Notes: a model not told the origin generated them from the sequence alone. Counted from the first letter of the stretch, positions 1-9,041 are shown. The stretch: DNA of 64,000 nucleotides from Halodesulfurarchaeum sp. (GCA_042216015.1 JBDGUI010000013.1:1-64000), one strand, 5' to 3'. Numbers and translations: made by a program.

Positions 1-2
1 TG

Positions 3-26
3 GGTTCAAATCCGGCGGGCCCCACT
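3..26 (+). repeat. Degenerate inverted copy of the 3' end of the adjacent tRNA-Pro(TGG)
   Basis: GGTTCAAATCCGGCGGGCCCCACT matches the tRNA-sense sequence of 87-110 (GGTTCAAATCCGGGCGGTCCCACT) at 21/24, in inverted orientation. Confidence 0.75.
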
Positions 27-88
27 ACAACCGCGAATCCAACGCTTCGGACACGCTCCGCGGTCCTCGCGTGTGGATGTCCGAGAAG

Positions 89-161
89 TGGGACCGCCCG
101 GATTTGAACCGGGGTCACGAGCACCCAAAGCTCGAAGGATACCAAGCTACCCTACGGTCCC
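89..161 (-). tRNA. tRNA-Pro (TGG)
   Basis: Reverse complement folds as a cloverleaf: acceptor GGGACCG/CGGTCCC, anticodon loop TTTGGGT, T loop TTCAAAT; CCA not encoded. Confidence 0.96.
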
Positions 162-295
162 TCCACTCGAATTACTCCGGGGGCCACAAAGAGGGTTTCG
201 TTCCGAGGGGGTCCCTTCGCTCAACTCGCGGAAAATCGGCCCAATCCAGCCAAACGGTCAGAAGAGCCTTTTCCCCGGCAAGCAATTGACTTCCC

Positions 296-571
296 ATGGC
301 GACGCCAATCGAACTCGGGCTGCTCGTCTTCGTCGCAGTCGCAGTGATCCTGGCCTACATCGTCCTCCGGGCGCTCAAACCCCTCATCGTCAACGCCGTG
401 CTGGGGCTCATCGTCCTCGCGATCGCCGGATTTCTCGGCTTCGAGGTCGCGATCTCGCCGATCGTGGTCCTCGTGGTGGCCGTGGGCGGGATTCCCGGCG
501 CGCTGCTGGTGCTGCTGCTCGCGTACTTCGGGGTCCTGTTCGGCCCCGCTGCCCTGATCGCGTTCGTCTAG
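296..571 (+). CDS. Small membrane protein, BofA (pro-sigmaK processing inhibitor)-like family
   Basis: 91 aa, three hydrophobic segments, 'LIVNAVLGLIVL...GGIPG' pattern. Confidence 0.7.
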   Translation: MATPIELGLLVFVAVAVILAYIVLRALKPLIVNAVLGLIVLAIAGFLGFEVAISPIVVLVVAVGGIPGALLVLLLAYFGVLFGPAALIAFV

Positions 572-2610
572 GTCTCCTCGTCGAAGAGTTCGAGGTCGGC
601 GACCACATCGTACGGGTCAGTCCCCTTTCGGACGTGATCGAGGATGAGAAAGGCCTGGTCGGGCTGGAGAAAGTGGGTGGTGACCGCGCGGCCGAGGGGG
701 GTCGGCTCGAGGCCGTCGATGAAGCCGTACTCGATGAGCTTCGAGAGCGCCTCTTTCGTGGGGATGTCCCCGAGCATGCGGTCGTTGAGCCGCTTGGCCG
801 CGCGGCCCCCGACCGTGACGTTGGCGAGGGTCTCCGCGACCGCCGCGTCCGCGTCGTAGTGAGCGATGACGTCCTCCATGTCGCCCTTCAGAAGCGTGAA
901 GGCGACCTCGTCCTCGGTTCGGTCCATCGAGCCGTGGTAGACCCCGTCCGGCTCGACGAGGAGGAAGACCCGGCCCCGGTCGTGGTAGTCCGGGCGGCCG
1001 GCCCTGCCGAGCATCTGCTCGAACTCCTGGACCGAGAGCCACTCGATGCCCATCGCGAGGGAGTCGAAGATCACCTGTGAGGCGGGGAAGTCCACCCCGG
1101 CGGCCAGGGCCGCGGTGGTCACGACCGCCGCGAGGTCCTGGTCGGCAAACTCCCGCTCGACCCGCTTGCGCTTGCCGTAGTCGAGGCCGGCGTGGTAGGG
1201 TGCAGATGCGTAGTCCAGCTTTCGGCTGATCTCGTGGCAGCGCCGGCGGGAGTTCGTGAAGACGATCGTCTGGCCCCGGTACCCCTTCGAGGAGGTGGCG
1301 TCGAACTCCCGACGGACCAGCTTGTTTTCGATCCGGGGTTTCTCCTGGGCGTCGGCGAAGGTGACGTGGCGCTCGATCGGCACCGGTCGCTCCTCGAACT
1401 CGATGGGAGTCGCTTCGAGCACCTCCGCGAGCTTTCCGGTGTTGCCGACCGTCGCCGAGAGGTAGATCCACTGGGTGCCACCCGGGCCGCCGTGGCGCTG
1501 TTCGGTGTAGTGTTTCAGGCGGGAAATGAGGCCGTCGAGTCGGTGGCCGCGCTCGGGGTCCTGCAGGGTGTGGACCTCGTCGATGACCACCGTGCCGATG
1601 TCGCCCAGGTCGCGGCCCGTCCGGAGGGCGTGATCGATTCCCTCGTAGGTACCGACGATGATGTCCGCGTCGGGTTCGAAGGCCACGCCGTTTTCCCGGA
1701 TGCGGCTCGCACCGACCCGGATCGTCACGTCCGCGAGGTGGCCGTACTCGGCCGCGAAGTCCTCCTCCTTCTGGTTGGCGAGCGCAACGAGCGGGACAAG
1801 AAAGAGAAGCTTTCCCTCGCCCCGGAGCAAGCGGTCTAACCCGGCGAGTTCTCCCACGAGGGTCTTGCCGGTCGCCGTCGCGGAGACCACGAGCTGGTCC
1901 TCGTCATCGAGGAGACCGTGCTCGACCGCGAGGCTCTGGACCGGGAGGAGGGTGTCGAATCGATCCTCGAGAAGCGCCTGCAGGTCGGGGTGAAGCGAGA
2001 GGTCCTCGACGGCCACGTCCGGGATGTCCTCGGTCGTCGCGGAGATCTCGTCGAACTTGGTCAGGTCCGGGTCGAGTTCCCCCTGGAGCAGGTCGACGAT
2101 CCGGTCGAGGTCGCCCACCTCGAAGAGCAGTTCCTCGAGGCGCTCCTCCGCCGCCCCGGAGAACCCGCCCGAAAAGGCGAGTTCGCGCTCGAGTTCGCGG
2201 GTCGCACAGTCCCGACAGATGTACTCCTCGCCGGACTTGACTGCCGTCTCCTCGGTTATCGGGCCGTATCGCCACTGGTTGGCACAGAGCCGGCAGGTTC
2301 GGACTCGGGTGGCCTCGAGCTGGTAGCCCGCAAGCATCTCCTGGAGTTCGTCTCGCCCCCGCTTCGAGGTCTGCTGGGAGATGCGGATGCGCTCGGCCCG
2401 GCGGGCGATTTCGACGAACTCTTCGGGGGCCCGTGGCTCCTCGTCGCTCTCGCTCTTGATGCGAAAGCGGGCGGGTCGGGAGCCGGCCGAGGTTTCCTTG
2501 AGTTCGAGGACCGCCCGGAACAGTCGCTCGCCGTCGCGCTGGGCGACGACGAGGTAGTCGCCCTGTCGCTCGTGGAAGAACAGCGTTTCGACGCGTGCTG
2601 GCCGGGACAC
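568..2610 (-). CDS. Archaea-specific Ski2-like DEAD/DEAH helicase (ASH-Ski2 type)
   Basis: SATATGKT Walker A, DEVH, YLSAT, QMLGRAGR motif VI, N-terminal CxxC...CxxC; GTG start. Confidence 0.9.
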   Translation of the reverse strand: MSRPARVETLFFHERQGDYLVVAQRDGERLFRAVLELKETSAGSRPARFRIKSESDEEPRAPEEFVEIARRAERIRISQQTSKRGRDELQEMLAGYQLEATRVRTCRLCANQWRYGPITEETAVKSGEEYICRDCATRELERELAFSGGFSGAAEERLEELLFEVGDLDRIVDLLQGELDPDLTKFDEISATTEDIPDVAVEDLSLHPDLQALLEDRFDTLLPVQSLAVEHGLLDDEDQLVVSATATGKTLVGELAGLDRLLRGEGKLLFLVPLVALANQKEEDFAAEYGHLADVTIRVGASRIRENGVAFEPDADIIVGTYEGIDHALRTGRDLGDIGTVVIDEVHTLQDPERGHRLDGLISRLKHYTEQRHGGPGGTQWIYLSATVGNTGKLAEVLEATPIEFEERPVPIERHVTFADAQEKPRIENKLVRREFDATSSKGYRGQTIVFTNSRRRCHEISRKLDYASAPYHAGLDYGKRKRVEREFADQDLAAVVTTAALAAGVDFPASQVIFDSLAMGIEWLSVQEFEQMLGRAGRPDYHDRGRVFLLVEPDGVYHGSMDRTEDEVAFTLLKGDMEDVIAHYDADAAVAETLANVTVGGRAAKRLNDRMLGDIPTKEALSKLIEYGFIDGLEPTPLGRAVTTHFLQPDQAFLILDHVRKGTDPYDVVADLELFDEET

Positions 2611-2656
2611 GGCCCGGGGTACGGAGTCTGGGTATTTCAGCGCCGCGTCTCACTCG

Positions 2657-3034
2657 TCACTCGATCAGCTCGATGTCGTCCTCGCCGTTCGGCACGACAC
2701 AGATGAAGGCCGCCTCGGTGTCGCCCGTGTTCCGGTACCAGTGGACCGTTCCGGCCGGGATCAACAGCGAATCGCCGGGTTCGACGGTGTATTCGGTCTC
2801 GGTACCGTCATCACGAATGCCGACGACGTACTCGCTCGCGAGGACGTATTGCTCGTGTTCGACTTCGTTCGTGTGTTTGGGGACCGTTTCGCCCGCTTCG
2901 AGCGTGAACCGGCGCATCCGGAAGTTGGGTGGGTCCTGTTGCTCTCCGATGAGGACGCCCTTTTTCAGCCCCGCGGCGGCCGATTGTCGCTCGTAGTCGA
3001 TCTCGTCGCTCCGTCGGATGACTGGCTCCTGCAT
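2657..3034 (-). CDS. Cupin domain protein
   Basis: PKHTNEVEHEQYV and PGDSLLIPAGTVHWY cupin motifs. Confidence 0.88.
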   Translation of the reverse strand: MQEPVIRRSDEIDYERQSAAAGLKKGVLIGEQQDPPNFRMRRFTLEAGETVPKHTNEVEHEQYVLASEYVVGIRDDGTETEYTVEPGDSLLIPAGTVHWYRNTGDTEAAFICVVPNGEDDIELIE

Positions 3035-3093
3035 GACGGCGAGTTCGGCGGCCGGCCCTATACCTTAAACGGCCGTGAGGACAACGTGTGTCT

Positions 3094-4293
3094 ATGCGAA
3101 GTCTCCGCATCGGGAGCGCGTTCGGGGTCCCGGTCAAACTCGACATCACGTTTCTCCTCGTGTTGCCACTGTTCGGCTGGCTGATCGGCTCGCAGGTGGC
3201 CGAACTCGTGGATCTCCTCAACGAGGTGTGGTCGCTGAATCTCGAGGCCGCCACGCTCACGGCCGGTTCGATGCCGATGATTCTGGGGATGGTCGCCGCT
3301 GTCGGGCTGTTCGTGGGGGTGCTCCTCCACGAGTTCGGCCATGCTCTTGTGGCCATCCACTACGGCTTCCCGATCGAGTCGATCACGCTCTGGTTCCTCG
3401 GTGGGATCGCACAGCTCTCAGAGCAACCGGAGGACTGGAAGACGGAACTTCAGATCGCGATCGCCGGACCGATCGTGAGCGTCGCGCTCGGGACGACCCT
3501 CTGGATCGTTCTCAGGCTCTTTCCCACCAGTTCCGATGTCCTCCTCTTCTTGCTCGCCTACCTCGCCCTGATCAACGTCGCCCTCGCCGCGTTCAACATG
3601 CTCCCCGGGTTTCCGATGGACGGGGGCCGGGTGCTCAGGGCGCTTCTGGGGAGAAAACGGACCTTCGCCAGAGCGACTCACCTCGCCGCCGAGGTCGGAA
3701 AGGGCGTGGCCATTATCCTGGGCATCGTCGGGTTGTTCAGCTTCAACATCGTTCTCATCGCCATCGCCTTTTTCATCTACATCGGGGCGGCGGGCGAGTC
3801 CCAGCAGACCACCCTCAAGGCCGCCTTCGAGGGAGTCAACGTTGCGGACGTGATGACGCCCGTCGAGTCGGTTTCCACGGTGTCCCCGGAGACCTCCGTC
3901 GCCGACCTGATCGAGTCGATGTTTCGGAAGCGCTACACGGGCTTTCCGGTCGAAGAGAACGACGAGATCGTCGGGATGGTCACGCTCTCGGACGCACGGG
4001 AGGTCGAGGCGGTCGAGCGGGAGGCCCTCACCGTGGAGGACATCATGAGTGTGGAACTCAAGACGATCGAACCCACGGCGGACGCGGCTGCGGCGCTGGA
4101 GCGATTGCAACGCGAGTCTGTGGGACGGCTGCTCGTGGTCGACGAGCACGGCGAGATGGCTGGCTTGCTCTCACGGACGGATCTCATGCGGGCCTTCGAG
4201 ATCATCAAGACGAGCGGGTTGCAGCCGGACGAAAGGCGGGTCGAGCCGGATCAGCGGTTCGTGGACGGGCCGCCGGATTCGCCGCGGTGGTGA
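3094..4293 (+). CDS. Site-2 (M50) zinc metalloprotease with tandem CBS domains
   Basis: HEFGH, FNMLPGFPMDGGR, two C-terminal CBS repeats; CCTTAAAC at 3063-3070 supports the ATG at 3094. Confidence 0.92.
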   Translation: MRSLRIGSAFGVPVKLDITFLLVLPLFGWLIGSQVAELVDLLNEVWSLNLEAATLTAGSMPMILGMVAAVGLFVGVLLHEFGHALVAIHYGFPIESITLWFLGGIAQLSEQPEDWKTELQIAIAGPIVSVALGTTLWIVLRLFPTSSDVLLFLLAYLALINVALAAFNMLPGFPMDGGRVLRALLGRKRTFARATHLAAEVGKGVAIILGIVGLFSFNIVLIAIAFFIYIGAAGESQQTTLKAAFEGVNVADVMTPVESVSTVSPETSVADLIESMFRKRYTGFPVEENDEIVGMVTLSDAREVEAVEREALTVEDIMSVELKTIEPTADAAAALERLQRESVGRLLVVDEHGEMAGLLSRTDLMRAFEIIKTSGLQPDERRVEPDQRFVDGPPDSPRW

Positions 4294-4325
4294 GCGGGCA
4301 CGGGCTCGTGATTGTTCGCGGAAGA

Positions 4326-4411
4326 AGGTCCGGGTGCGAGAATTGAACCAAAGGAAGACTTCGCTCCCTCCGGTCGTTCGCCTTCCAGGGTTCAATTTCG
4401 AACTTCGGCTT
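4326..4411. repeat. tRNA-His-associated palindromic element (direct plus inverted copies of the tRNA 3' end)
   Basis: AGGTCCGGGTGCGAGAATTGAACC at 4326-4349 is identical to 4482-4505; degenerate inverted copy at 4389-4411; inner GGAAG/CTTCC stem. Confidence 0.85.
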
Positions 4412-4483
4412 CCACCCCGCCCATCGAACGGTTCGCGGCGGTCCTGACGGACCAGCCGCTCACCGGTTCGAGTGATAGAGGAG

Positions 4484-4557
4484 GTCCGGGTGCGAGAATT
4501 GAACCCGCGTCTCAGCCTCCACAAGGCTGAAGGATAGTCCACTACCCTAACCCGGAC
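4484..4557 (-). tRNA. tRNA-His (GTG), genome-encoded G-1
   Basis: G-1 followed by TCCGGGT/ACCCGGA acceptor, C discriminator, anticodon loop TTGTGGA, T loop TTCAATT. Confidence 0.96.
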
Positions 4558-4593
4558 ACGCGTGTCGTAGTAGCCGACAGCATTGTTAATACG

Positions 4594-5067
4594 TTACGTT
4601 TCGCGATCCGAACCGACACCCGTCACTGGGTGGCCGTCGTGGCGGATCACGAGATCGAAGGAGTCCGTGTCCGGAACTCGGATGGTCGCCTCGTAGTGAA
4701 CGATACCACCCATCTCGCACGTTTTTGCCGGCTTCTTCGTGGATTCCGTCGTGTTCACGTCCAGTCGGTACGCTCTCGGCCCGGTCTGGGCGAGAGTGGG
4801 ACTCCCCTCCGCGACGGTGTAGTGGGCACCGGGAACGGTCACGTTCCCCGCCACGGAGACCAGCTCGCTGCCGTTCGAGGCAGGTTCACTCTCGATGTCG
4901 AAGCCGTGTCTCGGATCGTCGACGCACTGCCCCCCGGACGTCGAGACACTGACGAGGGCGGGTTCGACGGTCGTGGCCGTCGGGTTGTTCGCGGAGGGAT
5001 CCGTGGCGCAGCCGGCGAACAGGAGGAGGATCGTGAGCCCGAGAACCTGGAAGGACGGGCGGACCAT
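4594..5067 (-). CDS. Putative lipoprotein of unknown function
   Basis: MVRPS, hydrophobic stretch, lipobox FAGC, Thr-rich linker, two further Cys; start moved to the ATG at 5067. Confidence 0.7.
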   Translation of the reverse strand: MVRPSFQVLGLTILLLFAGCATDPSANNPTATTVEPALVSVSTSGGQCVDDPRHGFDIESEPASNGSELVSVAGNVTVPGAHYTVAEGSPTLAQTGPRAYRLDVNTTESTKKPAKTCEMGGIVHYEATIRVPDTDSFDLVIRHDGHPVTGVGSDRET

Positions 5068-5152
5068 GTCCCCACGTGGGACTGCAACCGACATCTGTTT
5101 TCCCCCGGTTCGAAACCCGTTTCCCGGCGGGTCACCTACGCTCTGTCCACGC

Positions 5153-5602
5153 GTGGCGATCACGGACAAGATCTACGTCAAGAATCACCGACAACTCGCC
5201 TCCCAGCTCGAGGTCTCCTTCCCCAAAAACGCCTTCTCGGGCGCGACCCTCGACCTGCTCTTTCAGGGCGATCTCGAGAAACTCGACGAGGCCAACCGCG
5301 AGAAGGTGCTCGACTTCGCCGAGGACTTCCTCGATTGTACCTGTGACTCGAATCCCTACTGTGGCCACCCCGAACGAAAGTTCATCGCCTACCTCCTCGA
5401 CCTCCGGGCCCAGCATCTGGACCCCGAATCCATCGTCGACGTGATGACCGAGGACTACATGCTCTATGCCTATCCGGGGGACATCTACTCGTTTCTCGAC
5501 GACGCCGTCCGGAGTCTCGAGGCGGTTGAGGAAATCGCCCGGGTGGACGGGCGGCAGGAGGCCGCCGAGCGGGCCGCTCGACGGAAGCGAGAATTGCTGT
5601 AA
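5153..5602 (+). CDS. DUF5814-like protein with CxC...PxCxH motif
   Basis: GTG start 'AITDKIYVKNHRQLASQL', 'FLDCTCDSNPYCGHPE', 'YAYPGDIYSFLD'. Confidence 0.8.
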   Translation: MAITDKIYVKNHRQLASQLEVSFPKNAFSGATLDLLFQGDLEKLDEANREKVLDFAEDFLDCTCDSNPYCGHPERKFIAYLLDLRAQHLDPESIVDVMTEDYMLYAYPGDIYSFLDDAVRSLEAVEEIARVDGRQEAAERAARRKRELL

Positions 5603-5628
5603 TCGACGGCGAGGAACGTCGCTTGCGA

Positions 5629-6045
5629 TTATCCGATCTGGTAGCGGTCGGCCTCGGTGGCGTTCCCGACCTCCTCGTCGAGGTCCTCGAGATGGACGAT
5701 CTCCTCGATCCCCTCTTCGTCATCGAGGGCGCTCTGCAGCCGCGTAATGTACTCCTTGTGCTCCTGAAGCTGGTCCCGGAGGTGCTGGGCCTCGAGTTCG
5801 AGGCGCTCGTGCTCGCGAACGAAGCTCTTTGGCACCTCGACGCGGGGCGGGAACTCCTCGGCATCCACCTCCCGGACGTCGTTCTCCGGGACGACCCGGA
5901 CCTTCCCCTCGTGGGCGACGAGCTTGTCGACGTAATCGCGGAAGACCGCAGAGAGGGAGATGTCCCGCTCCTCGGCGATCTCCCGGAGCGCCTCGAAGGC
6001 GTCCTCGCTGACCCGAAAGGAGATCGTCTTGTTCTTCTTACTCAT
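5629..6045 (-). CDS. Ribbon-helix-helix (CopG) protein linked to the RPA operon
   Basis: KTISFRV...LREIAEERDISLSAVFRDYV RHH pattern plus C-terminal coiled coil; TTAA at 6071-6074 upstream. Confidence 0.85.
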   Translation of the reverse strand: MSKKNKTISFRVSEDAFEALREIAEERDISLSAVFRDYVDKLVAHEGKVRVVPENDVREVDAEEFPPRVEVPKSFVREHERLELEAQHLRDQLQEHKEYITRLQSALDDEEGIEEIVHLEDLDEEVGNATEADRYQIG

Positions 6046-6104
6046 GACCACCAGTAGCGCAGCTATCTCCTTAAGGGTTCGTCAGACGACCGTCACGTCC
6101 CCAC

Positions 6105-6698
6105 TCAGGCTTCCGCGGATTTCGCTTCGACCTCGTCGAGCCCCTCGAGGGCCTCGAGGACGGCATCCCGATAGATGCCGGGGTCGACGTCGTACTCCTC
6201 GCGGGCCCGGATGCCGTACTCGTTCGACTCCGAGTCCAACGCCTCGAGGCGGTCAAGCGTGCGCTCTGCGGTCTCGGTGACCCACCGGCTCCGGGTCCGT
6301 TCGTCGACGACCGTGATCGACTCGGGACGGATCGAGACGTTGATCGTTCCATCGTCTGTCTCGTAGGTGCGCGGTTTGCCGACGACAGCGACGTAGGTCG
6401 GCGTCTCGAGTTCACGGAGCGCCCCGGCGGCCTCGGGCTGGTACTGCCCGGCGTAGACGAATACCGTCCCGGTCGGATCGACGACCCGGCCCTGCCAGTA
6501 CTCCTGCTCCTTCCCGACGTCCTCGGTCTCGGTGAGCGTCCCGACGACGAAGACGCGGTTTGCCTGCTCGCCAGTCGGGAGGAGAACGTACACCGGTGCG
6601 CGGTCGTCGTCGCTCTCCTTGAACGTGAAGGTGGCGTCGTTGAGTTCCGTGGCGAAGACGCGGCGGGCCGTCTCGCGCATGGGGGCGGTGTCCGCCAT
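6105..6698 (-). CDS. RPA-associated OB-fold protein
   Basis: 'ARRVFA...LLPTG..ANRVFVVGTLTE...DPTG..VYAGQYQPEA' pattern; directly follows rpa. Confidence 0.88.
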   Translation of the reverse strand: MADTAPMRETARRVFATELNDATFTFKESDDDRAPVYVLLPTGEQANRVFVVGTLTETEDVGKEQEYWQGRVVDPTGTVFVYAGQYQPEAAGALRELETPTYVAVVGKPRTYETDDGTINVSIRPESITVVDERTRSRWVTETAERTLDRLEALDSESNEYGIRAREEYDVDPGIYRDAVLEALEGLDEVEAKSAEA

Positions 6699-7631
6699 TC
6701 ACATCGACCTCGCTCTGATGAGGACCTCGTCGGGATCGATCGGCTCGGTCAGTTCCTCGACCTCGTTCGCGAGGAGGTAGCGCCCCATTACCGGGCCCGT
6801 TACCTCGTAATAGCGCCCGAGGACGGTCTCTTCCATCTCGTCGGCGACGACGGTTGTGTCGAGGGCGTCCTGGGCCATTTCCTTTGCCTCCTCGATGTCG
6901 ATACCGGTGAGTTCCTCGGTCATCTCGCGGTCGAAGATGACCTCCTGGACGGATTTCCCGTCGTCGAGGACGCCCTTGATCCGGAGGTCGAACTCGCCCT
7001 CGACTTCGCCGTGTTCCGAACAGCGACCGTTCTGGAGCACGCGAGTGCATCCATCGACCGGACAGCGCTTGATGAGCCCGCTCCCGGACTGGATGTCCAC
7101 GAGTGCGCCCTCCATGGTGGCGTCGTCGTCACCCACCTCGATCTCCTCGTCGAGTTCCGTGATTTCGGTCGTCTTGTTGAGCTTGACCGAATACCGGCCC
7201 TGATACTCGTCGGTGACGACGTTCTCCAGCCGGTAGACCGATCCCTCCTCGAGCGGCTCGAGGTCGGATTTGGCCCACGCGGTGAACTTGATGGTCCCGC
7301 TCTCGTCGCCCAGGAGCCCGACCTGACCGACCGCGTCGCTTCGCGGATCCCAGAGGTCGACAACCTGGGCGGTGAGACTCACCCACTGCTCGGGCCGGTC
7401 GATCTCGGCGATCGAGACCTCGGTCTCGCTCCCGCCGCCAGCGATGTCCTCGCGCTCGAGCCCGGCCTCCTCGAGATAGTGATTCTCGACGCTCCGACGC
7501 GCCTCGGCGAGTGGAACCTTGTACTCCGAGACGAGCCGGTCGAGTCGCGAGGTGACGTCCTCGAGCTCGAGGTCGAGATGATCGGCGAACTCCTCGTGAA
7601 TGTCCTCGGCCGCAGTCTGTATGTCGCTCAT
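6699..7631 (-). CDS. rpa: Replication protein A (two OB folds plus zinc finger, Rpa3/Rfa3 type)
   Basis: GLLGDESGTIKFTAW OB fold; CPVDGCTRV..GRCSEHG zinc finger; DLRIKGVLDDG. Confidence 0.92.
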   Translation of the reverse strand: MSDIQTAAEDIHEEFADHLDLELEDVTSRLDRLVSEYKVPLAEARRSVENHYLEEAGLEREDIAGGGSETEVSIAEIDRPEQWVSLTAQVVDLWDPRSDAVGQVGLLGDESGTIKFTAWAKSDLEPLEEGSVYRLENVVTDEYQGRYSVKLNKTTEITELDEEIEVGDDDATMEGALVDIQSGSGLIKRCPVDGCTRVLQNGRCSEHGEVEGEFDLRIKGVLDDGKSVQEVIFDREMTEELTGIDIEEAKEMAQDALDTTVVADEMEETVLGRYYEVTGPVMGRYLLANEVEELTEPIDPDEVLIRARSM

Positions 7632-7742
7632 TGTGGGTCAGTCTCCGGGATCGTGCGGGAGACGGTGGTGGGTTGGCTGCGTTCGTTCATAAACCTCAGT
7701 ACGGGGCGAGTCTTTGAAAGCCCTCGGACTGGTAGCAGGCAT

Positions 7743-8009
7743 ATGGCGGATCTCGGGGACTGGCTCCGGAACGCGGCACGGAAGGCGGGGCGGACCGTCG
7801 GGAGCGTCGGCACCCAGTTTTCCGGTGGTCGCCTGGAGGGCGCCCTGCCCCAGGACGAGACTGGCAGGGTTCGGATCGTCTGTCGGCGCCACGCGGCGCG
7901 TCGTACCGTCTCCGTGACGGCGGGCAAACCGGAGTGTTTCGAGCGGGACAATCCCGATTGCGAGTCGTGTCTCAAGGACATCGCTGATGGGACCGTCGAG
8001 AGCTGGTGA
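7743..8009 (+). CDS. Small conserved haloarchaeal protein with four Cys
   Basis: 88 aa 'LPQDETGRVRIVCRRH...PECFE..PDCESCLKDI..GTVESW'; ATG at 7743 within a longer listed ORF. Confidence 0.72.
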   Translation: MADLGDWLRNAARKAGRTVGSVGTQFSGGRLEGALPQDETGRVRIVCRRHAARRTVSVTAGKPECFERDNPDCESCLKDIADGTVESW

Positions 8010-8032
8010 TTCGAAACCGGGGAGCAGATCGC

Positions 8033-8506
8033 TCACTTCTCGGGCTGGACCCGCACCCGCATCGTGCCGTCGCTCGTGACGCCCACCAGAATGTGCTGTC
8101 TCACCTCTCGGCCGGCGATCGCGTCCCCGGCCGCGTCGCTGACGAGTTTCATCACCTCCGGCGCGGAGTAGGGGACCTTCACCCCGGCATCGTCACAGCC
8201 CGCATAGACTCGATCGGGCACCTCGTAGAGGTCCGATCCAGGCTCGATGGTGACCTGGACCGGCGCCTGCAGGGTCTCGGCGAAGGCGACGGTCTCTCTG
8301 GCTTTCGAGATGTTCTCCCGTGCGCTCGATTCGACCTTCGAGACGTTCGCCCGGGAGGTGCCAAGCTCCTCGGCGATCTCGGCCTGCGGGAAGTCCCGCT
8401 CACGGAGCGCGAGCACCTCGGCCTGGCGCCGGGTCAACACGCTCTCTGCGGGATCGAATCCCGCCCGGTCGAGAATGGCCTCGATGTCCGGTACCTCCTC
8501 ACCCAT
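8033..8506 (-). CDS. Tfx family DNA-binding protein
   Basis: LTRRQAEVLALR...QAEIAEELGTSRANVSKVESSARENI HTH. Confidence 0.88.
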   Translation of the reverse strand: MGEEVPDIEAILDRAGFDPAESVLTRRQAEVLALRERDFPQAEIAEELGTSRANVSKVESSARENISKARETVAFAETLQAPVQVTIEPGSDLYEVPDRVYAGCDDAGVKVPYSAPEVMKLVSDAAGDAIAGREVRQHILVGVTSDGTMRVRVQPEK

Positions 8507-8555
8507 CGTTCACTCATTCGGGGGCCGAACCAAAAAGCCACACGTGTTCGGGGGT

Positions 8556-9041
8556 CTAGCTCCCCCAGAAGTTCTCCCGACTGCCCAGTCGGGGATCCTC
8601 CTCCCGCCGACTGGAGGTCGCTGCTCCCTCGTCTTCGGCTGTGGCCTCCTCGGAGTCTTCCGATTCGTCGGGGACTGTCTCCTCGTCTTCGGTCTCGCCC
8701 GGTGGGCCGTCGAGTTTCTCCTCGAGGGTTGCCCGGGCGTAGTTCGACTTCACCGTGTCCACCGTTGCCTCGACCCAGGCCTCGGGGAGGACCCCCTCGA
8801 CCATGATCACGAAGCCGGTTTCCTGATGGTGACCCACGCCAGCCCCGCTCTCGTGCATGTCGGTCACCTCGACGACGACCTCCTCGCCGGGAACGACGGG
8901 AGCCGTCTTGAGGTCCTCGATCGGTTGACTGTAGTGGTTACACCACTCCATCCCGCCCCGGTCCCCGAAGTGCTGACACCCCATGCCATCGATCTGTTCG
9001 GAGAAGTGGGGGCAGTCGTCCGCGAGTGGGCACGTCGCCAT
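8556..9041 (-). CDS. TRAM domain protein with N-terminal Cys/His cluster
   Basis: CPLADDC...CQHF...WCNHY, then TRAM-like 'VEVTDMHESGAGVG...GFVIMVEGVLP', acidic tail. Confidence 0.82.
   Translation of the reverse strand: MATCPLADDCPHFSEQIDGMGCQHFGDRGGMEWCNHYSQPIEDLKTAPVVPGEEVVVEVTDMHESGAGVGHHQETGFVIMVEGVLPEAWVEATVDTVKSNYARATLEEKLDGPPGETEDEETVPDESEDSEEATAEDEGAATSSRREEDPRLGSRENFWGS

Noticed and set aside
1..26. 3' end of a genuine plus-strand tRNA
   Set aside because: The T stem would contain a G-G mismatch, and the sequence is better explained as an inverted copy of the adjacent tRNA-Pro end. It cannot be fully excluded at the window edge.
4426..4437. Third copy of the two-copy element (GAACGGTTCGCG); also GCCCGGAACGG at 58771-58781
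   Set aside because: Only 11-12-nt GC-rich matches without ATG-CCC-stop or the paired downstream arm; could be chance.
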